Made by a program: the position numbers and the translations under genes
The notes under the pieces: model-generated
The model's database searches: none
Seen by the model: only the letters and a program-made list of their open reading frames with translations
What the model was told of the DNA's origin: nothing
Shown: piece by piece, positions 1 to 11,417 of the stretch
Layout: the number at the start of each line of letters is the position of its first letter
Numbering within the stretch: the first letter of the stretch is position 1
Source: Thermoproteales archaeon
GTDB lineage: Archaea; Thermoproteota; Thermoprotei; Thermofilales; B69-G16
Length of the DNA stretch: 64,000 nt
Reading direction: 5' to 3'
Assembly (NCBI GenBank): GCA_021161825.1
Contig: JAGGZW010000130.1
Location: 1,503-65,502 of the forward strand

Positions 1-132
1 ATTTTAACTACACAAAACAAGATATTTACTTATTCAATTAGTGGCAACAGTAAGATCATCACAAAATTTATCGAATTACTAGACAAAATAGTGGAATACT
101 ATTTGAAGCATAAAAAATGTGGGAAAGAAGAA

Positions 133-218
133 CGCCGCGGCCGGGACTCGAACCCGGGAGGCGCGTATGCGCCAGCGGGTTAGCAACCCGCCGCCCTAGC
201 CAGCTAGGCGACCGCGGC
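133..218 (-). tRNA. tRNA-Ser(GCU), no intron
   Basis: Minus-strand cloverleaf: acceptor GCCGCGG/CCGCGGC, anticodon loop TT-GCT-AA, long variable arm GGCGC-ATAC-GCGCC, T-loop TTCGAGT. GC-rich island in AT-rich flanks. CCA not encoded. Confidence 0.9.
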
Positions 219-301
219 CTATTCTTATATTTATAAGGTTGTTTTATTAATTTTTCGTGAAGATGATAATCATGATATTGTTTGATAGATTGATCTATTA
301 A

Positions 302-778
302 GTGATAATCATGGCATTGATTTTAATAATTACTAGGACAGGTAAAGAACAGAGGGTAGCTATCGATTTAGAGGATGCTTTGTTTCATTTGGATCCTGAG
401 GTAAACGCGACATTCACCGGTTTTCCTGGCGTAGTAATGGTTAATGGAAAATTTGATCCCGTAATAGCCGCTAGGGTTATAAAAAGTTTTAATGTTAAGG
501 ATGTTCTGAAAATTAGACCTTTTTTAAGGACTTTGAGTATAAGTGAATTGGATAAAGTTTGTGAAATAATCGGCGATATTGTCAAAAGAGAAAAGACTGT
601 TGGGTTTAGAGTTTACGTCAGAGGAGCTTATCTTAGCAAGAGCGCCATTAAGAACGTACTTTTCGAATGTTTTAAAAAAACGGGTGTCAGAATATCCTCG
701 TCAAGTAGTCTTTTTTTGGTGATCGATATTGTTAAGGATGTTATAGGATTCTCTCTAGTAGATAGGAAAAACGCTTAA
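302..778 (+). CDS. THUMP-domain-like RNA-binding protein (tentative)
   Basis: ORF with GTG at 302 or ATG at 311. The C-terminal half (TVGFRVYVRG...LFLVIDIVKDVIGFSLV) has the strand pattern I associate with THUMP domains. Motif recall only. Confidence 0.4.
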   Translation: MIIMALILIITRTGKEQRVAIDLEDALFHLDPEVNATFTGFPGVVMVNGKFDPVIAARVIKSFNVKDVLKIRPFLRTLSISELDKVCEIIGDIVKREKTVGFRVYVRGAYLSKSAIKNVLFECFKKTGVRISSSSSLFLVIDIVKDVIGFSLVDRKNA

Positions 779-1032
779 TATGCTCTACCTAAACTTGGCA
801 TAGGATTAATTTTCTGCAGATTAGATAGCAAGCATTAACAATCAAGCTTTGAAAATAAGTTTATCTCATAGTTGCTAGAAGCTTATCGCTTAGAAAATCG
901 TCAATTATTTAGTAAATTTAATTTATTCTAAAAAAGGAAGCTTAGATAGGTAATTTTGAAACGTTGTCATTGAAGATTACCGTTAAATTACCAACTAATG
1001 TATTCTGACAAACTATTTTATTATGATAAGGC

Positions 1033-3909
1033 TTACTTGAATATTATTGCTGGTTTTGCGGGAAGTGCTTGGGCTGCTTTTGATTCTGAACATTCTCTCT
1101 CGTTGAAAATTTCCACTTGTAAGCCTATTTCCTTCGACAGAAATTCTCTAGCTTCTCGAATAGCCCTTTCTTCAAGTTCGGGGTCTACTGTCATTGTTAG
1201 TATTTTTTGGTCTTTTAGAAAGCGCATGGCTACTCGGGCAACTTGTTTCTTATCAACCATATGACTCGTTTCAATCGCCTTTCTTACAGAATCGCGCAAA
1301 CTATAGCCTTGACTCATGTAACGTAGCACATTCTCAGCTACTTCATATTTCCATTTATCCGCCAATACTACAATCATTTTTTCGGGCTTGACTTTTAGTA
1401 TCGCAAGCAGGCTTTTTGCGTCCTCTAATAAATTCTTTACTATCTCTTCCGATTTTTCAACTTCTGGATTTATTTTGTCTTCGTCGATTTTCGGCCATTC
1501 AGCCATGCTTATGAAACCTTTTTTACCTATCTTCTCCCAAATTTCTTCGCAAATATGCGGGGTAAACGGTGCTAATAGCAATGTCTGTATTTCAATGAAT
1601 CTTGCCAGCAAATCTCTATTTGGACTTCCGTTACATCTTTTAAGATACCATTTGAAGTTATTTTGCAGGTTGAAGAAGCCCTTTACAAGGGCTGATTTAA
1701 AATCGGTTAGCTCCATTAACTGCTCCACTTCCTTAACAGTTCTATAGAGCACGCTTTCAAACCAGCGGTCCACTTCCATTCGCGAATTTCGTCCTTTCCC
1801 ATAGTTTTCTAACGCAAAAACATACCATTCATATAGTAAATCGACCGCCCCTTCAGCTATTTCTGTCTCAAAGTTAGCATCGTCTAAGCCAGAATCTCCA
1901 GCATATGCCTCTGCAAATCTCGTCGCATCAGCCCCCCACCAGTCAAGAGCCTGCCTTAACATTATAAAGTTACCAAGTGTTTTGCTCATTTTCTGTCCAC
2001 CGACCATAATCCAACCGTTTATACCTATACCTCTTGGCCAATGCTCTCTAGAAAACAACGCTACGTGATGCAATATGAAGAATGTAAGGTGATTAGGCAT
2101 TAAATCCTTGCCTGAAATTCTTAAGTCGACAGGATACCAGTAAAGGAATTCCTTTCTCATAGCCTCTAATAATTCAGTATCAATACCGACGGCTTCCGCA
2201 ATTTTCGCAGGATCCCCTTTGCCAAAGAATATGTAATCGAAGAATTCATCGTTTAGTTTTTCCCATTTAATGTTATATTTTTCTGGATGTTGCAGATATT
2301 TTGATATCGTGTAGTATGCCATGTATATTGTAGAATCGCTTAACGACTCCAGCACCCATTCTTTATCCCATGGCAAGGGAGTGCCTAGTTCACCTTTATG
2401 TGCGCAAGCCCAATCTTCATACCAGTCGATTTGCTTATGGAAAAAGTCTCTAATACTCTCGGGCAGGAAAGTCATAGAATCTACGCATTCGTGAGCCTTT
2501 TGCTTCCATGATTGATCACTATATTTCAGGAACCACTGGTTTTCGACAATTTTCACATGTGTTTTGGCTCTACATCTACAGTAGACTTCACTAGGTAATG
2601 TCCAATGTTCCAGAGCTATACCTTGCCGTACCAAATAATCTACCAGTTCTTTCTTAACTTCAAATACCTTTTTCCCAGCCCATTTACCATATACGGATTT
2701 TAATACTCCCTGATGATACTCCTTTGTGTATATTTCTTTTGTGGCTTTTTCCAGCTTTTCGGTTTCTTCCTGAGACTTTATATTCATTTTTTTAACTATC
2801 TCAATAGCCGGATAATCTCCATATCCTTCGAGCTTTATCAGACTGACCGGCTTAATGCTTTTAATTTTCGCAATTTCCAGTCCATACTTCTCTACCTGCT
2901 CAGGATTATTCTTCAAATCTTCAAGCGCTGCATAATCATAAGGAGCGTGAGCTGGCACTGACATTACAACTCCCGTCCCTATCTTTAAATTAACAAATTT
3001 TGCTGGTAATACCAGGATCTCTTCCTTAGTGACTGGGTTAATAACGCGTTTACCAATCAACTCCTTTCCATTAACCGTTTTTATCGTTTCCACTTTATGA
3101 TATTGATCCTTTAGCTCATTGATTAAATAAGGTGATATTACCCATTTTTCTCCATCAACAGCTGCCAAAACATATTGACCTTCCGGGTTTATCCATATAT
3201 TAACAGCACCATAGACGGTTTCTGGTCTGTAAGTCATGCAGGGATAAACTATTCCATCAGCATCTTTAAACTTTATAATTATAACTTTTTCAGGTCCTAT
3301 GCCGACATATTCGTCGGGTCTATCGTGATCGCCGACTACTTTTTGTTCTTTTGGACACCACACGACGGGATGTTTACCTTTAACTATTAGATTCTTTTCT
3401 TTTAGTTTACGATACTGCCATTCGATAAATTTGCTATAGGGCGGGTTCAAAAACGTTGTATAAAATTCGCGTCTCCAGTCAATAGATAATCCGTATCTCT
3501 TGAAATCGTCGCGCCAGGCTTTAGTGAAAAACTTGACCCAATACTCCGGTTTTTCAAATTTTGGTATTTCATCTTCAGGTATTCCCATCATTCTCAATGT
3601 ATTAATGATTTTGGGGTCACGTTCCCTAACCCTAAGAGCAGAAGCGACGATGGGACTTCCTGTAGCATGCCATCCCTGTGGAAATAGAACATTGTAACCT
3701 TTCATTCGTTTATATCGCGCAGTTATATCAACTCTTAGTACCGTATACGCGGAGCCTAAATGTGGATACGCGTTTACGTAAGGATATGGAAATGTTATGA
3801 AGAATTTAGGCTTATCAGAGGGATCCGCTTCGAAAATTTTAGCTTCGCTCCATTTTTTCTGCCATTTCTGCTCTATACTCTTTAAGAAATCTAATCGTTG
3901 TTTATTCAC
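1033..3909 (-). CDS. leuS: leucyl-tRNA synthetase
   Basis: 958 aa with a GTG start. Class I motifs HLGS (HIGH-type) and KMSKT. Length and large editing insertion are typical of archaeal LeuRS. Confidence 0.95.
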   Translation of the reverse strand: MNKQRLDFLKSIEQKWQKKWSEAKIFEADPSDKPKFFITFPYPYVNAYPHLGSAYTVLRVDITARYKRMKGYNVLFPQGWHATGSPIVASALRVRERDPKIINTLRMMGIPEDEIPKFEKPEYWVKFFTKAWRDDFKRYGLSIDWRREFYTTFLNPPYSKFIEWQYRKLKEKNLIVKGKHPVVWCPKEQKVVGDHDRPDEYVGIGPEKVIIIKFKDADGIVYPCMTYRPETVYGAVNIWINPEGQYVLAAVDGEKWVISPYLINELKDQYHKVETIKTVNGKELIGKRVINPVTKEEILVLPAKFVNLKIGTGVVMSVPAHAPYDYAALEDLKNNPEQVEKYGLEIAKIKSIKPVSLIKLEGYGDYPAIEIVKKMNIKSQEETEKLEKATKEIYTKEYHQGVLKSVYGKWAGKKVFEVKKELVDYLVRQGIALEHWTLPSEVYCRCRAKTHVKIVENQWFLKYSDQSWKQKAHECVDSMTFLPESIRDFFHKQIDWYEDWACAHKGELGTPLPWDKEWVLESLSDSTIYMAYYTISKYLQHPEKYNIKWEKLNDEFFDYIFFGKGDPAKIAEAVGIDTELLEAMRKEFLYWYPVDLRISGKDLMPNHLTFFILHHVALFSREHWPRGIGINGWIMVGGQKMSKTLGNFIMLRQALDWWGADATRFAEAYAGDSGLDDANFETEIAEGAVDLLYEWYVFALENYGKGRNSRMEVDRWFESVLYRTVKEVEQLMELTDFKSALVKGFFNLQNNFKWYLKRCNGSPNRDLLARFIEIQTLLLAPFTPHICEEIWEKIGKKGFISMAEWPKIDEDKINPEVEKSEEIVKNLLEDAKSLLAILKVKPEKMIVVLADKWKYEVAENVLRYMSQGYSLRDSVRKAIETSHMVDKKQVARVAMRFLKDQKILTMTVDPELEERAIREAREFLSKEIGLQVEIFNERECSESKAAQALPAKPAIIFK

Positions 3910-4080
3910 ATATGGTTTAGCAAAAGCTTATCACCGTAACTCTTTCTACAATTGAAAAATTTAAACTTTTCCTAACTTTTTTACCTGCAGATTACGCAGT
4001 ATTATACGGGTAAACTACTAGAGGCAAAAAATAGCGGTAACAGAAAAACGTTGAAATAACTTTTTTGAATAGGATAAACT

Positions 4081-5010
4081 ATGAGAATTTTAGTTACAGG
4101 AGCTGCAGGATTCATAGGTTCACACATTACTTTGGAATTTTTTAAGAGAGGCTACGAAGTTATCGCTATTGACAATTTTTCCAGATCAAATTTTTACAAC
4201 TTTAAATTCGTTAGAGAGCAAGGAATTGAAATTATAAAAGGTGATATAAGAGATGCAGTATTTTTGGAAAAGCTTCCTCGGGTTGACTGGATAATTCATG
4301 CGGCTGCATTAATAAATGTGGAAGAATCGGTAGAGAAGCCAAGTTTATATTACGACATTAATGTAAGGGGAACGATAATACTTTTCAAAAAGTTCTATGA
4401 GAAAGGTACGAGAAACTTTCTCTATATTAGTTCAGCCGCAGTTTACGGCGAGCCAAAATATTTACCAGTTGATGAAAAACATCCAGTAGATCCCATATCG
4501 CCATATGGTGCTAGCAAAGCATCAGCGGAATTCTTTATAAAATCGTTCTATCATAGCCTAAGCGACTTCAATTACGTTATTGTGAGGCCTTTCAACGTTT
4601 ACGGTCCAGGTCAGAGTGGAGAATACGCTGGTGTTATAGCAAGATTTATTGAAAGAATTTTACAGGGTAAATCCCCCATTATTTTTGGAGATGGTTTACA
4701 AACTAGAGATTTTATCCACGTAGATGATGTTGCTAGAGCTATAATAACGATAGTAGAGAAAAATAGATTAAACGAAGTCTTCAATATAGCAACAGGAGTG
4801 CCGCGAAGGATTAGAGACCTCGCATATGAAATAATTAAGCTTGCAAATGCGCAATTAGAGCCTACATATCTACCTCCTAAGCCAGGAGATATTGTACATA
4901 GTTACGCTATACCTGCTAAAATAATGAATTTAGGTTGGAAACCGGTTATAGATTTTAGTGAAGGCTTACAGGACGTTTTAAAATGGGCCAGATCGGAAAT
5001 TTCTACCTAA
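4081..5010 (+). CDS. NAD-dependent epimerase/dehydratase (UDP-glucose 4-epimerase-like)
   Basis: N-terminal Rossmann motif VTGAAGFIGSH and catalytic YGASK (YxxxK) of the extended SDR family. Confidence 0.85.
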   Translation: MRILVTGAAGFIGSHITLEFFKRGYEVIAIDNFSRSNFYNFKFVREQGIEIIKGDIRDAVFLEKLPRVDWIIHAAALINVEESVEKPSLYYDINVRGTIILFKKFYEKGTRNFLYISSAAVYGEPKYLPVDEKHPVDPISPYGASKASAEFFIKSFYHSLSDFNYVIVRPFNVYGPGQSGEYAGVIARFIERILQGKSPIIFGDGLQTRDFIHVDDVARAIITIVEKNRLNEVFNIATGVPRRIRDLAYEIIKLANAQLEPTYLPPKPGDIVHSYAIPAKIMNLGWKPVIDFSEGLQDVLKWARSEIST

Positions 5011-6750
5011 TCATCGTCGCCCATATCTTCTATATAAAAACGCTAAAGCCACTATTATGAAAACGACTGTAATAAGGCTTAAATAGGCTATTTCTTCTCG
5101 TGGTTTAACATTAACTCTGAGCGATCGAGCTATTGTAGCCGACGCGGATTCTATCTTAAATTCTACGAAATAATCTCCACTTGGTATCTCTGGTTCTACG
5201 TTAACGACTAATGTAAATCGTCCCGTCTCACCAGGCATTAATAAAGGAATGTCCTTAGGCTCTACGTTAACTTTTATTTTTTGCGGAGTATCCGTGATAA
5301 TGATCCTAAGATTGCTTATGACTGTATGACCTGAATTTTTAACATCGACGTAAAACTTTTGTTTTGATCCAGCAGTTGTCTCTAAATAAAAATTCTCAGT
5401 GAGAACCTTTAACTCATATCTTCCGAGTATGTTAATTCCCAAATTTATCTTAGCCTCGCTAGTCTCACCTTTTGCCGTGAGGGTAAACTGAACAAAGCCA
5501 GGCTCAGTTCCCGTGGGAATAAGGATATTTATCTCTAACTCCTCTTCACTACCACTTTCGAGGAACAGCTGGTTTACTATATTTCCCTTTTTATCTCTTA
5601 TCGTAAAAGTGTAAGTTTCCGGCAAATCCTTCACATCAAATGAAACTATTGTGCCTGAAAGCCCTTCATTTCTAACTTTTATTTTAATATTGGCCATGTT
5701 TCCAGCATATGCGCTTGTAAAAGGATGTGTTGAGAAGAGTTGAATATCGTCGTAACCTTCGACCACATGAATAGTGAAATCTATCGTCGAGCATACTCCT
5801 AATCCGCAAGCTCGCAAGGTAATGATTTCCTTGCCGTATTTTGCATCGGGGGGGATTCTAACTTTTATGAAAGCAGACACGCTTTCATCTGGTTCGAGAA
5901 AAACTGTTGTAAATGACCTATTTGAATTATCTCTTATGTCTGTTCTCCAATTCTGGGGAGCATCAACTGAAAGTTCTAAAACCGCTCTTTCACCTAGATT
6001 ATTTACGATCTTAAAGTTGAAAATAACTTGACTATCTCTTAGGGCTGTCGCATCTATGAACTCAGCTTCTATCAATTTCCAGTCCTTTTTCTCTACTATA
6101 ACTTCTATAGGAGCTTTATGAACGAAAAAACCCCTTATGATTAAAGTAATGTTATAGCTTCCCAGTGCATTTCTTGGAACTTGAACTTTTAAATTAAAGG
6201 TTTCTCTGGCTCCAGGAGTTATCGAAAAACCTTCAATTCTTAGGCCGTTACTTGAAACAAACTGGGCACGCCAATCTGTTGGTGTTTTTATTTCAACAAG
6301 GCATGTTTCCTTTTCATATCCATCGTTCATAATTAATACTGGAATTTGTAAGAATTCCCCTTGTTCAGTTCTAAATATATTCCCACCGGGTATGATCTTT
6401 ATCGAGTAATCGAGTATAATCTCGCCCATCCAGTAAGTTAAGGCAGTTTTCGAGGAAAGATCTAGCTTAATTTCCTTAACTTCGTAGCCATGCGCTTGAA
6501 ATCTTACTAAAACAACTTCTCGTTCAACATAGAAACTAAATGTTCCTTCATTTCCGGTTTCTGTTTGGAAAATAAGGACATCATTGCGATATATTTTGAC
6601 CTGAGCATCTGATATTGGATTTCCGTTTATATCGATAAGCTTTCCCCTGACATTAATTTTACCATTATATGAGTAAAATGTGGGTATAGTGAATAATATT
6701 ATAAATATTTCAATTACTAATAGACTTGTATTTCTCCTCAAAAACATCAC
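5011..6750 (-). CDS. membrane-anchored surface protein with carboxypeptidase-regulatory-like and repeated Ig-like (CARDB/NEW3-like) modules
   Basis: N-terminal hydrophobic signal/anchor and C-terminal TM (ITVVFIIVALAFLY) followed by RRYGRR. About four ~100-aa repeats end in patterns such as GSYNITLIIRG, GKEIITLRA, GFVQFTLTAKG and GDYFVEFKIES. The stop abuts the stop of the convergent epimerase gene (5010/5011). Confidence 0.6.
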   Translation of the reverse strand: MMFLRRNTSLLVIEIFIILFTIPTFYSYNGKINVRGKLIDINGNPISDAQVKIYRNDVLIFQTETGNEGTFSFYVEREVVLVRFQAHGYEVKEIKLDLSSKTALTYWMGEIILDYSIKIIPGGNIFRTEQGEFLQIPVLIMNDGYEKETCLVEIKTPTDWRAQFVSSNGLRIEGFSITPGARETFNLKVQVPRNALGSYNITLIIRGFFVHKAPIEVIVEKKDWKLIEAEFIDATALRDSQVIFNFKIVNNLGERAVLELSVDAPQNWRTDIRDNSNRSFTTVFLEPDESVSAFIKVRIPPDAKYGKEIITLRACGLGVCSTIDFTIHVVEGYDDIQLFSTHPFTSAYAGNMANIKIKVRNEGLSGTIVSFDVKDLPETYTFTIRDKKGNIVNQLFLESGSEEELEINILIPTGTEPGFVQFTLTAKGETSEAKINLGINILGRYELKVLTENFYLETTAGSKQKFYVDVKNSGHTVISNLRIIITDTPQKIKVNVEPKDIPLLMPGETGRFTLVVNVEPEIPSGDYFVEFKIESASATIARSLRVNVKPREEIAYLSLITVVFIIVALAFLYRRYGRR

Positions 6751-6883
6751 ATTTTCACAAAGACTCTATATTAATAAGAATTTCTCTTGTAAAAGGCTAG
6801 GCTAATAATATTATACAATATGACAAAATTTAGTTATCTTCTAAGGGAAAGTTTTAATATAAACTTTAATTAGACTACCCAGT

Positions 6884-7915
6884 ATGAAGTATTTAAAAGA
6901 CCCTAAAGGCAAAAAGATAAAGCTTTTTTGTTTTATGATCATTGCAATAACGATCCTGACTTTATCTTTAGCCGTAGTTGAAACATACAAAGAATCTTCA
7001 AGTTTAATAGCTAATGTGAACATAAAAACTTCACAGCTGGACTCTGTAATTCAAATAGAAGTTTTACTTGTAGCTACTCTAGCGGGATTTTTTGGTGCAT
7101 TGATGGGGCTTGGCGGAGGAGTAATAATTGTTCCAGTTTTAACTTCTATATTTAATTTGAAAATACACGAGGCAATAGCCATCAGCATAATCGGCGTTGT
7201 AGCTACAAGTATTTCCGGAGGCTCGTCTTATATTGCACAGAGAATTACAAATATACGTTTAGCAATATTTCTTGAAACCTCTACAACATTAGGAGCATTT
7301 TTGGGCGCATTACTCACTTTAATTATGCCCGGAAAATTTCTCTATATTATATTCTCGGTTTTTGCCTTTTACGTAAGCCTTGCACAACTCCACTCAATTA
7401 AAGAAGAAGTTAAGAAAATAAGTGTTAGGGGCTTTAGTAATGTCCTGCCCGATGCAGTTTCAAAATATCTAAATCTATCAGGCGAGTATTTTGATGAACG
7501 GGAAAAGATAAAGGTAGAATATGTGGTTAGAGGATCTATAATTGGTTGGTTAATAGCGTTTATTGCAGGTGTAGGCTCCGGAATGCTTGGTATAGGTGGT
7601 GGCTTTTTGAAAGTTTCGGCTATGAACCTTTTTATGAACATACCGCTTAAAGTTGCTATAGCTACCAGCAAGTTTATGATATGTATCACTGCTGCAACGA
7701 GTGCTGTAATATACTATGTTTCAGGCGTCGTGAGGCTTGACCTTGTAGCTCCACTAGCTGTGGGAACCACAATAGGCGCAACATTGGGATCTAGAGTAAT
7801 GAATAAGTTTAAAATTAAATGGCTTAAACTCATTTTTGCCTTTATAATGTTTTACCTTGGGTATGCAATGTTGCGTAAAGGACTGCTGCTCATTTTCGGG
7901 TTAAGTTTGCCCTAG
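6884..7915 (+). CDS. TauE/SafE (DUF81) family anion exporter
   Basis: Polytopic membrane protein with duplicated glycine motifs GLGGGVIIVPVL and GIGGGFLKV, characteristic of the family. Confidence 0.7.
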   Translation: MKYLKDPKGKKIKLFCFMIIAITILTLSLAVVETYKESSSLIANVNIKTSQLDSVIQIEVLLVATLAGFFGALMGLGGGVIIVPVLTSIFNLKIHEAIAISIIGVVATSISGGSSYIAQRITNIRLAIFLETSTTLGAFLGALLTLIMPGKFLYIIFSVFAFYVSLAQLHSIKEEVKKISVRGFSNVLPDAVSKYLNLSGEYFDEREKIKVEYVVRGSIIGWLIAFIAGVGSGMLGIGGGFLKVSAMNLFMNIPLKVAIATSKFMICITAATSAVIYYVSGVVRLDLVAPLAVGTTIGATLGSRVMNKFKIKWLKLIFAFIMFYLGYAMLRKGLLLIFGLSLP

Positions 7916-7928
7916 GAGGCGATTACAT

Positions 7929-8231
7929 TTGGATATTAATAAGATAGTGTATTGGGTTCTCATAACCGGAATGCTGGTAGGCAATGCTTTATTAGCTACC
8001 AGCGTAACGCTGAACATTCTTTTTCAAGATTCTAAGACTTTATCCATTATGATCGCGTTCCTAGGAACTGCTGTTCTAATAGCTACCCCATATGTTACAA
8101 TCGCGTCTATTATTTTAGCTTCTGCAATAAATAAAGATTATAAACTACTTGTGATATCTCTGATTATTCTATTCGTGATGGTGAGCAGCTTATTGTTTGG
8201 CCTTATCTTCCGCAAAACTCCAAAAAGCTAG
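7929..8231 (+). CDS. small 3-4 TM membrane protein (DUF1634-like TauE partner, tentative)
   Basis: TTG start 14 nt after the TauE stop. Entirely hydrophobic helices. Small membrane partners of this kind often follow TauE genes. The family name is from memory. Confidence 0.4.
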   Translation: MDINKIVYWVLITGMLVGNALLATSVTLNILFQDSKTLSIMIAFLGTAVLIATPYVTIASIILASAINKDYKLLVISLIILFVMVSSLLFGLIFRKTPKS

Positions 8232-8316
8232 TACTAGAAAAGTTTAATTTGAAATATTTTATTTAACTCTGAACTTTACCTAGGAATAATTTAGCTTTTA
8301 TACATAAATCCTGTAA

Positions 8317-8425
<109 letters not shown>

Positions 8426-8474
8426 TTATTTACTAAAAATAGTTAGAGTTTTTAAATTTATCATAACTACTTTT

Positions 8475-9203
<729 letters not shown>

Positions 9204-9268
9204 TTATTTAAACTTACGAAACTATTAAAATGAAAAGATTTTTTTGATATTATATTATTTTATGACCT

Positions 9269-10120
9269 ATGAAAGTATTAGGAGTGGTCTTTAAAGGCTA
9301 TAATTCTGGGATAATCAAATTTGTAACTGAAATCATAGACTTTTTGCAAAATACAGGTTTCGAGGTTTATCTTGAAAAAAACCAAGCAGATAAAATAGGT
9401 AAACAAGAATTAAGTATAAAATCTTTTGATTCCAAGGATTTAGATGCATTAGTTGTTATAGGCGGCGACGGGACGATACTAAAAGTATTTCACGAGATTG
9501 CAAGAGATATTCCATTAATTCCGGTAAATAGCAATTCTCTTGGATTTTTTTATGATCTGAACAGAGACAATTATCAGAAAGCTTTTAAGTTAATAATGGA
9601 AGGAAATTACTATATTAAAACTTTTAAAACAGGAAGCTTGACTGTGGACAGTATAAAAATTTCTGATTTTCTAAACGAAATTGCTATCTATAACGTTAAG
9701 AAGGGGAAAATGTTCATCTTTAAACTTTTTAGGAATGGAGAATTGATAACTGGGGGACGATGCGACGGCGCGATAATAGCTACTATGCTAGGTTCAACAG
9801 CTTATTCTCTTGCTCAAGGAGGCCCTATAATCGACTCGGAACTTGATGCCCTCGTGTATACACCTATTTCACCTTTCACACAATTTCTAAAACCTATAGT
9901 TTTTAGCTCTGAATCTTCACTTGAGGTCCAAAATTTTGTTGATTCTCTGATACTTGTAGATGGAATATTACAATATGAGGTAAAAAAAGATAGCAAAATG
10001 ATGATCACATTATCTGGAAAGAACATTAGTTTCGTTAAAATCAAAGCTTTTGAAAGAAACTTTTTTGCTAAAATCAAAAGACGTTTGTTTGATGAGCCTT
10101 TTACATCAAAGTTTTTCTAA
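9269..10120 (+). CDS. nadK: NAD kinase
   Basis: GGDGT motif (VVIGGDGTILK), NEIAI, and DGAIIATMLGSTAYSLAQGGPI. Confidence 0.85.
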   Translation: MKVLGVVFKGYNSGIIKFVTEIIDFLQNTGFEVYLEKNQADKIGKQELSIKSFDSKDLDALVVIGGDGTILKVFHEIARDIPLIPVNSNSLGFFYDLNRDNYQKAFKLIMEGNYYIKTFKTGSLTVDSIKISDFLNEIAIYNVKKGKMFIFKLFRNGELITGGRCDGAIIATMLGSTAYSLAQGGPIIDSELDALVYTPISPFTQFLKPIVFSSESSLEVQNFVDSLILVDGILQYEVKKDSKMMITLSGKNISFVKIKAFERNFFAKIKRRLFDEPFTSKFF

Positions 10121-11296
10121 CACTGCTATGAAAAAGCCAGGTGTATCATGCCTATTCGGCAGAAACCTTTGCACATAATCTCCAATTTTGTGAATAAAAC
10201 CTGTTAATCCGAGAAAATATTTTTGATATTTCAGTTTTAACTTGTACCTCTTCATTATCTTTAGTATATTTAACTCGTTCTCATAAAGCGTCATGGTACA
10301 CGTGCTATAGAGTATTCTTCCGCCTTTTTTAACAAGTTCTGCAGCTACCTTTAAAAACTGGATCTGATAATTAGCTAGAGCGTGTATGTCTTTAATTGAA
10401 ACATTGCTACCGAGTTTTGGTCTTACGCCTAAACTTGAACATGGTGGATCTACGATTACGGCATCGAAATCTCTCTCGTTAATTCTTAAATCTAGATAGC
10501 GAGAATCCATTTCGAGTATTTTAATACTTTTAATACCGAGTCTATGAACGTTTTCTCTCAATTTCTGGATTTTAGGCTTTGAACGATCTACAGCTAATAT
10601 CTTCCCGTTATCCCCTATAAGCTGAGCCGCATGAGTGACCTTTCCACCAGGCGCTGCACATAAATCTATGATTTTATCACCTGGTTTCAAATCTAAATTT
10701 TTTACAGCTATCATAGCCGGTAAGCTTTGGTCGTAAACATAGCCTTTTTTATGCACATCGAGTTCTCTAATGCTAGGAACCTTAAATACCGAATTTATAA
10801 CTTTTACCGCGAGTCCTCTTTTTTTATTTAGAATTTCATCAACATCTTGCATAATGATGCCTTCACCGACAGGGAATCCGTTAGGATCGACTATAGTAAC
10901 ATAGTCCCCTGGCATGATTTTTCCAACAACTCCCAATATTCCCGCAGCGTATAAATCTGCTCCGAGATAAACACTCTCGGCTGCTTTTTTATCCGCGATT
11001 ATCTTTTTGGGTGTTAAATTTACAGTGTATGGTCCATAAACAGGAAGAAATATAGCTTCTTCAATCACCGGATGTGGAAAAACTTCAAAACCATTCGTTT
11101 TCAAATCCGATAATAGTTCCTCTCTCGATATTTTTAATGTATTTACCCTTAGAAAGTATCTGGTTCCAGGAGTTTTAAGCGCCTTTAGAATATATCTTGT
11201 TTCTTCAATTCCATAAAGATTTATTAAATGTAGTATACTGTCTGCGTGGAAACGATTTTCTCTAGCTAATCTCTCAGCTTCTTTTACCAAATTCAT
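10106..11296 (-). CDS. PUA-domain RNA cytosine-C5 methyltransferase (NOL1/NOP2/Sun family)
   Basis: SAM motif DLCAAPGGKVTH and catalytic motifs VDPPCSSLG and YSTCT. The N-terminal ~170 aa is PUA-like. The 3' end overlaps nadK by 15 nt (convergent). Confidence 0.85.
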   Translation of the reverse strand: MNLVKEAERLARENRFHADSILHLINLYGIEETRYILKALKTPGTRYFLRVNTLKISREELLSDLKTNGFEVFPHPVIEEAIFLPVYGPYTVNLTPKKIIADKKAAESVYLGADLYAAGILGVVGKIMPGDYVTIVDPNGFPVGEGIIMQDVDEILNKKRGLAVKVINSVFKVPSIRELDVHKKGYVYDQSLPAMIAVKNLDLKPGDKIIDLCAAPGGKVTHAAQLIGDNGKILAVDRSKPKIQKLRENVHRLGIKSIKILEMDSRYLDLRINERDFDAVIVDPPCSSLGVRPKLGSNVSIKDIHALANYQIQFLKVAAELVKKGGRILYSTCTMTLYENELNILKIMKRYKLKLKYQKYFLGLTGFIHKIGDYVQRFLPNRHDTPGFFIAVLEKL

Positions 11297-11309
11297 GGTT
11301 ACACATTAT

Positions 11310-11379
11310 GGGCGGGTGTCATTCTAATGCCTTCAATTCACGAATTCATTGTAACTCTGAAAAATCATCCAACCCGCCC
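11310..11379 (-). ncRNA. candidate K-turn/C-D-like sRNA closed by an 8-bp GC stem
   Basis: GGGCGGGT (complement of 11372-11379) pairs with ACCCGCCC (complement of 11310-11317). Minus-sense GAUGA lies 2 nt inside the 5' arm and AUGA 1 nt inside the 3' arm. Internal GUGAAUU sits 12 nt before the terminal AUGA. Boxes are degenerate and guides are AT-rich. Confidence 0.25.
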
Positions 11380-11417
11380 TTGATTTAGTTAATTTAACGA
11401 GTTTATTTATGTATTAC

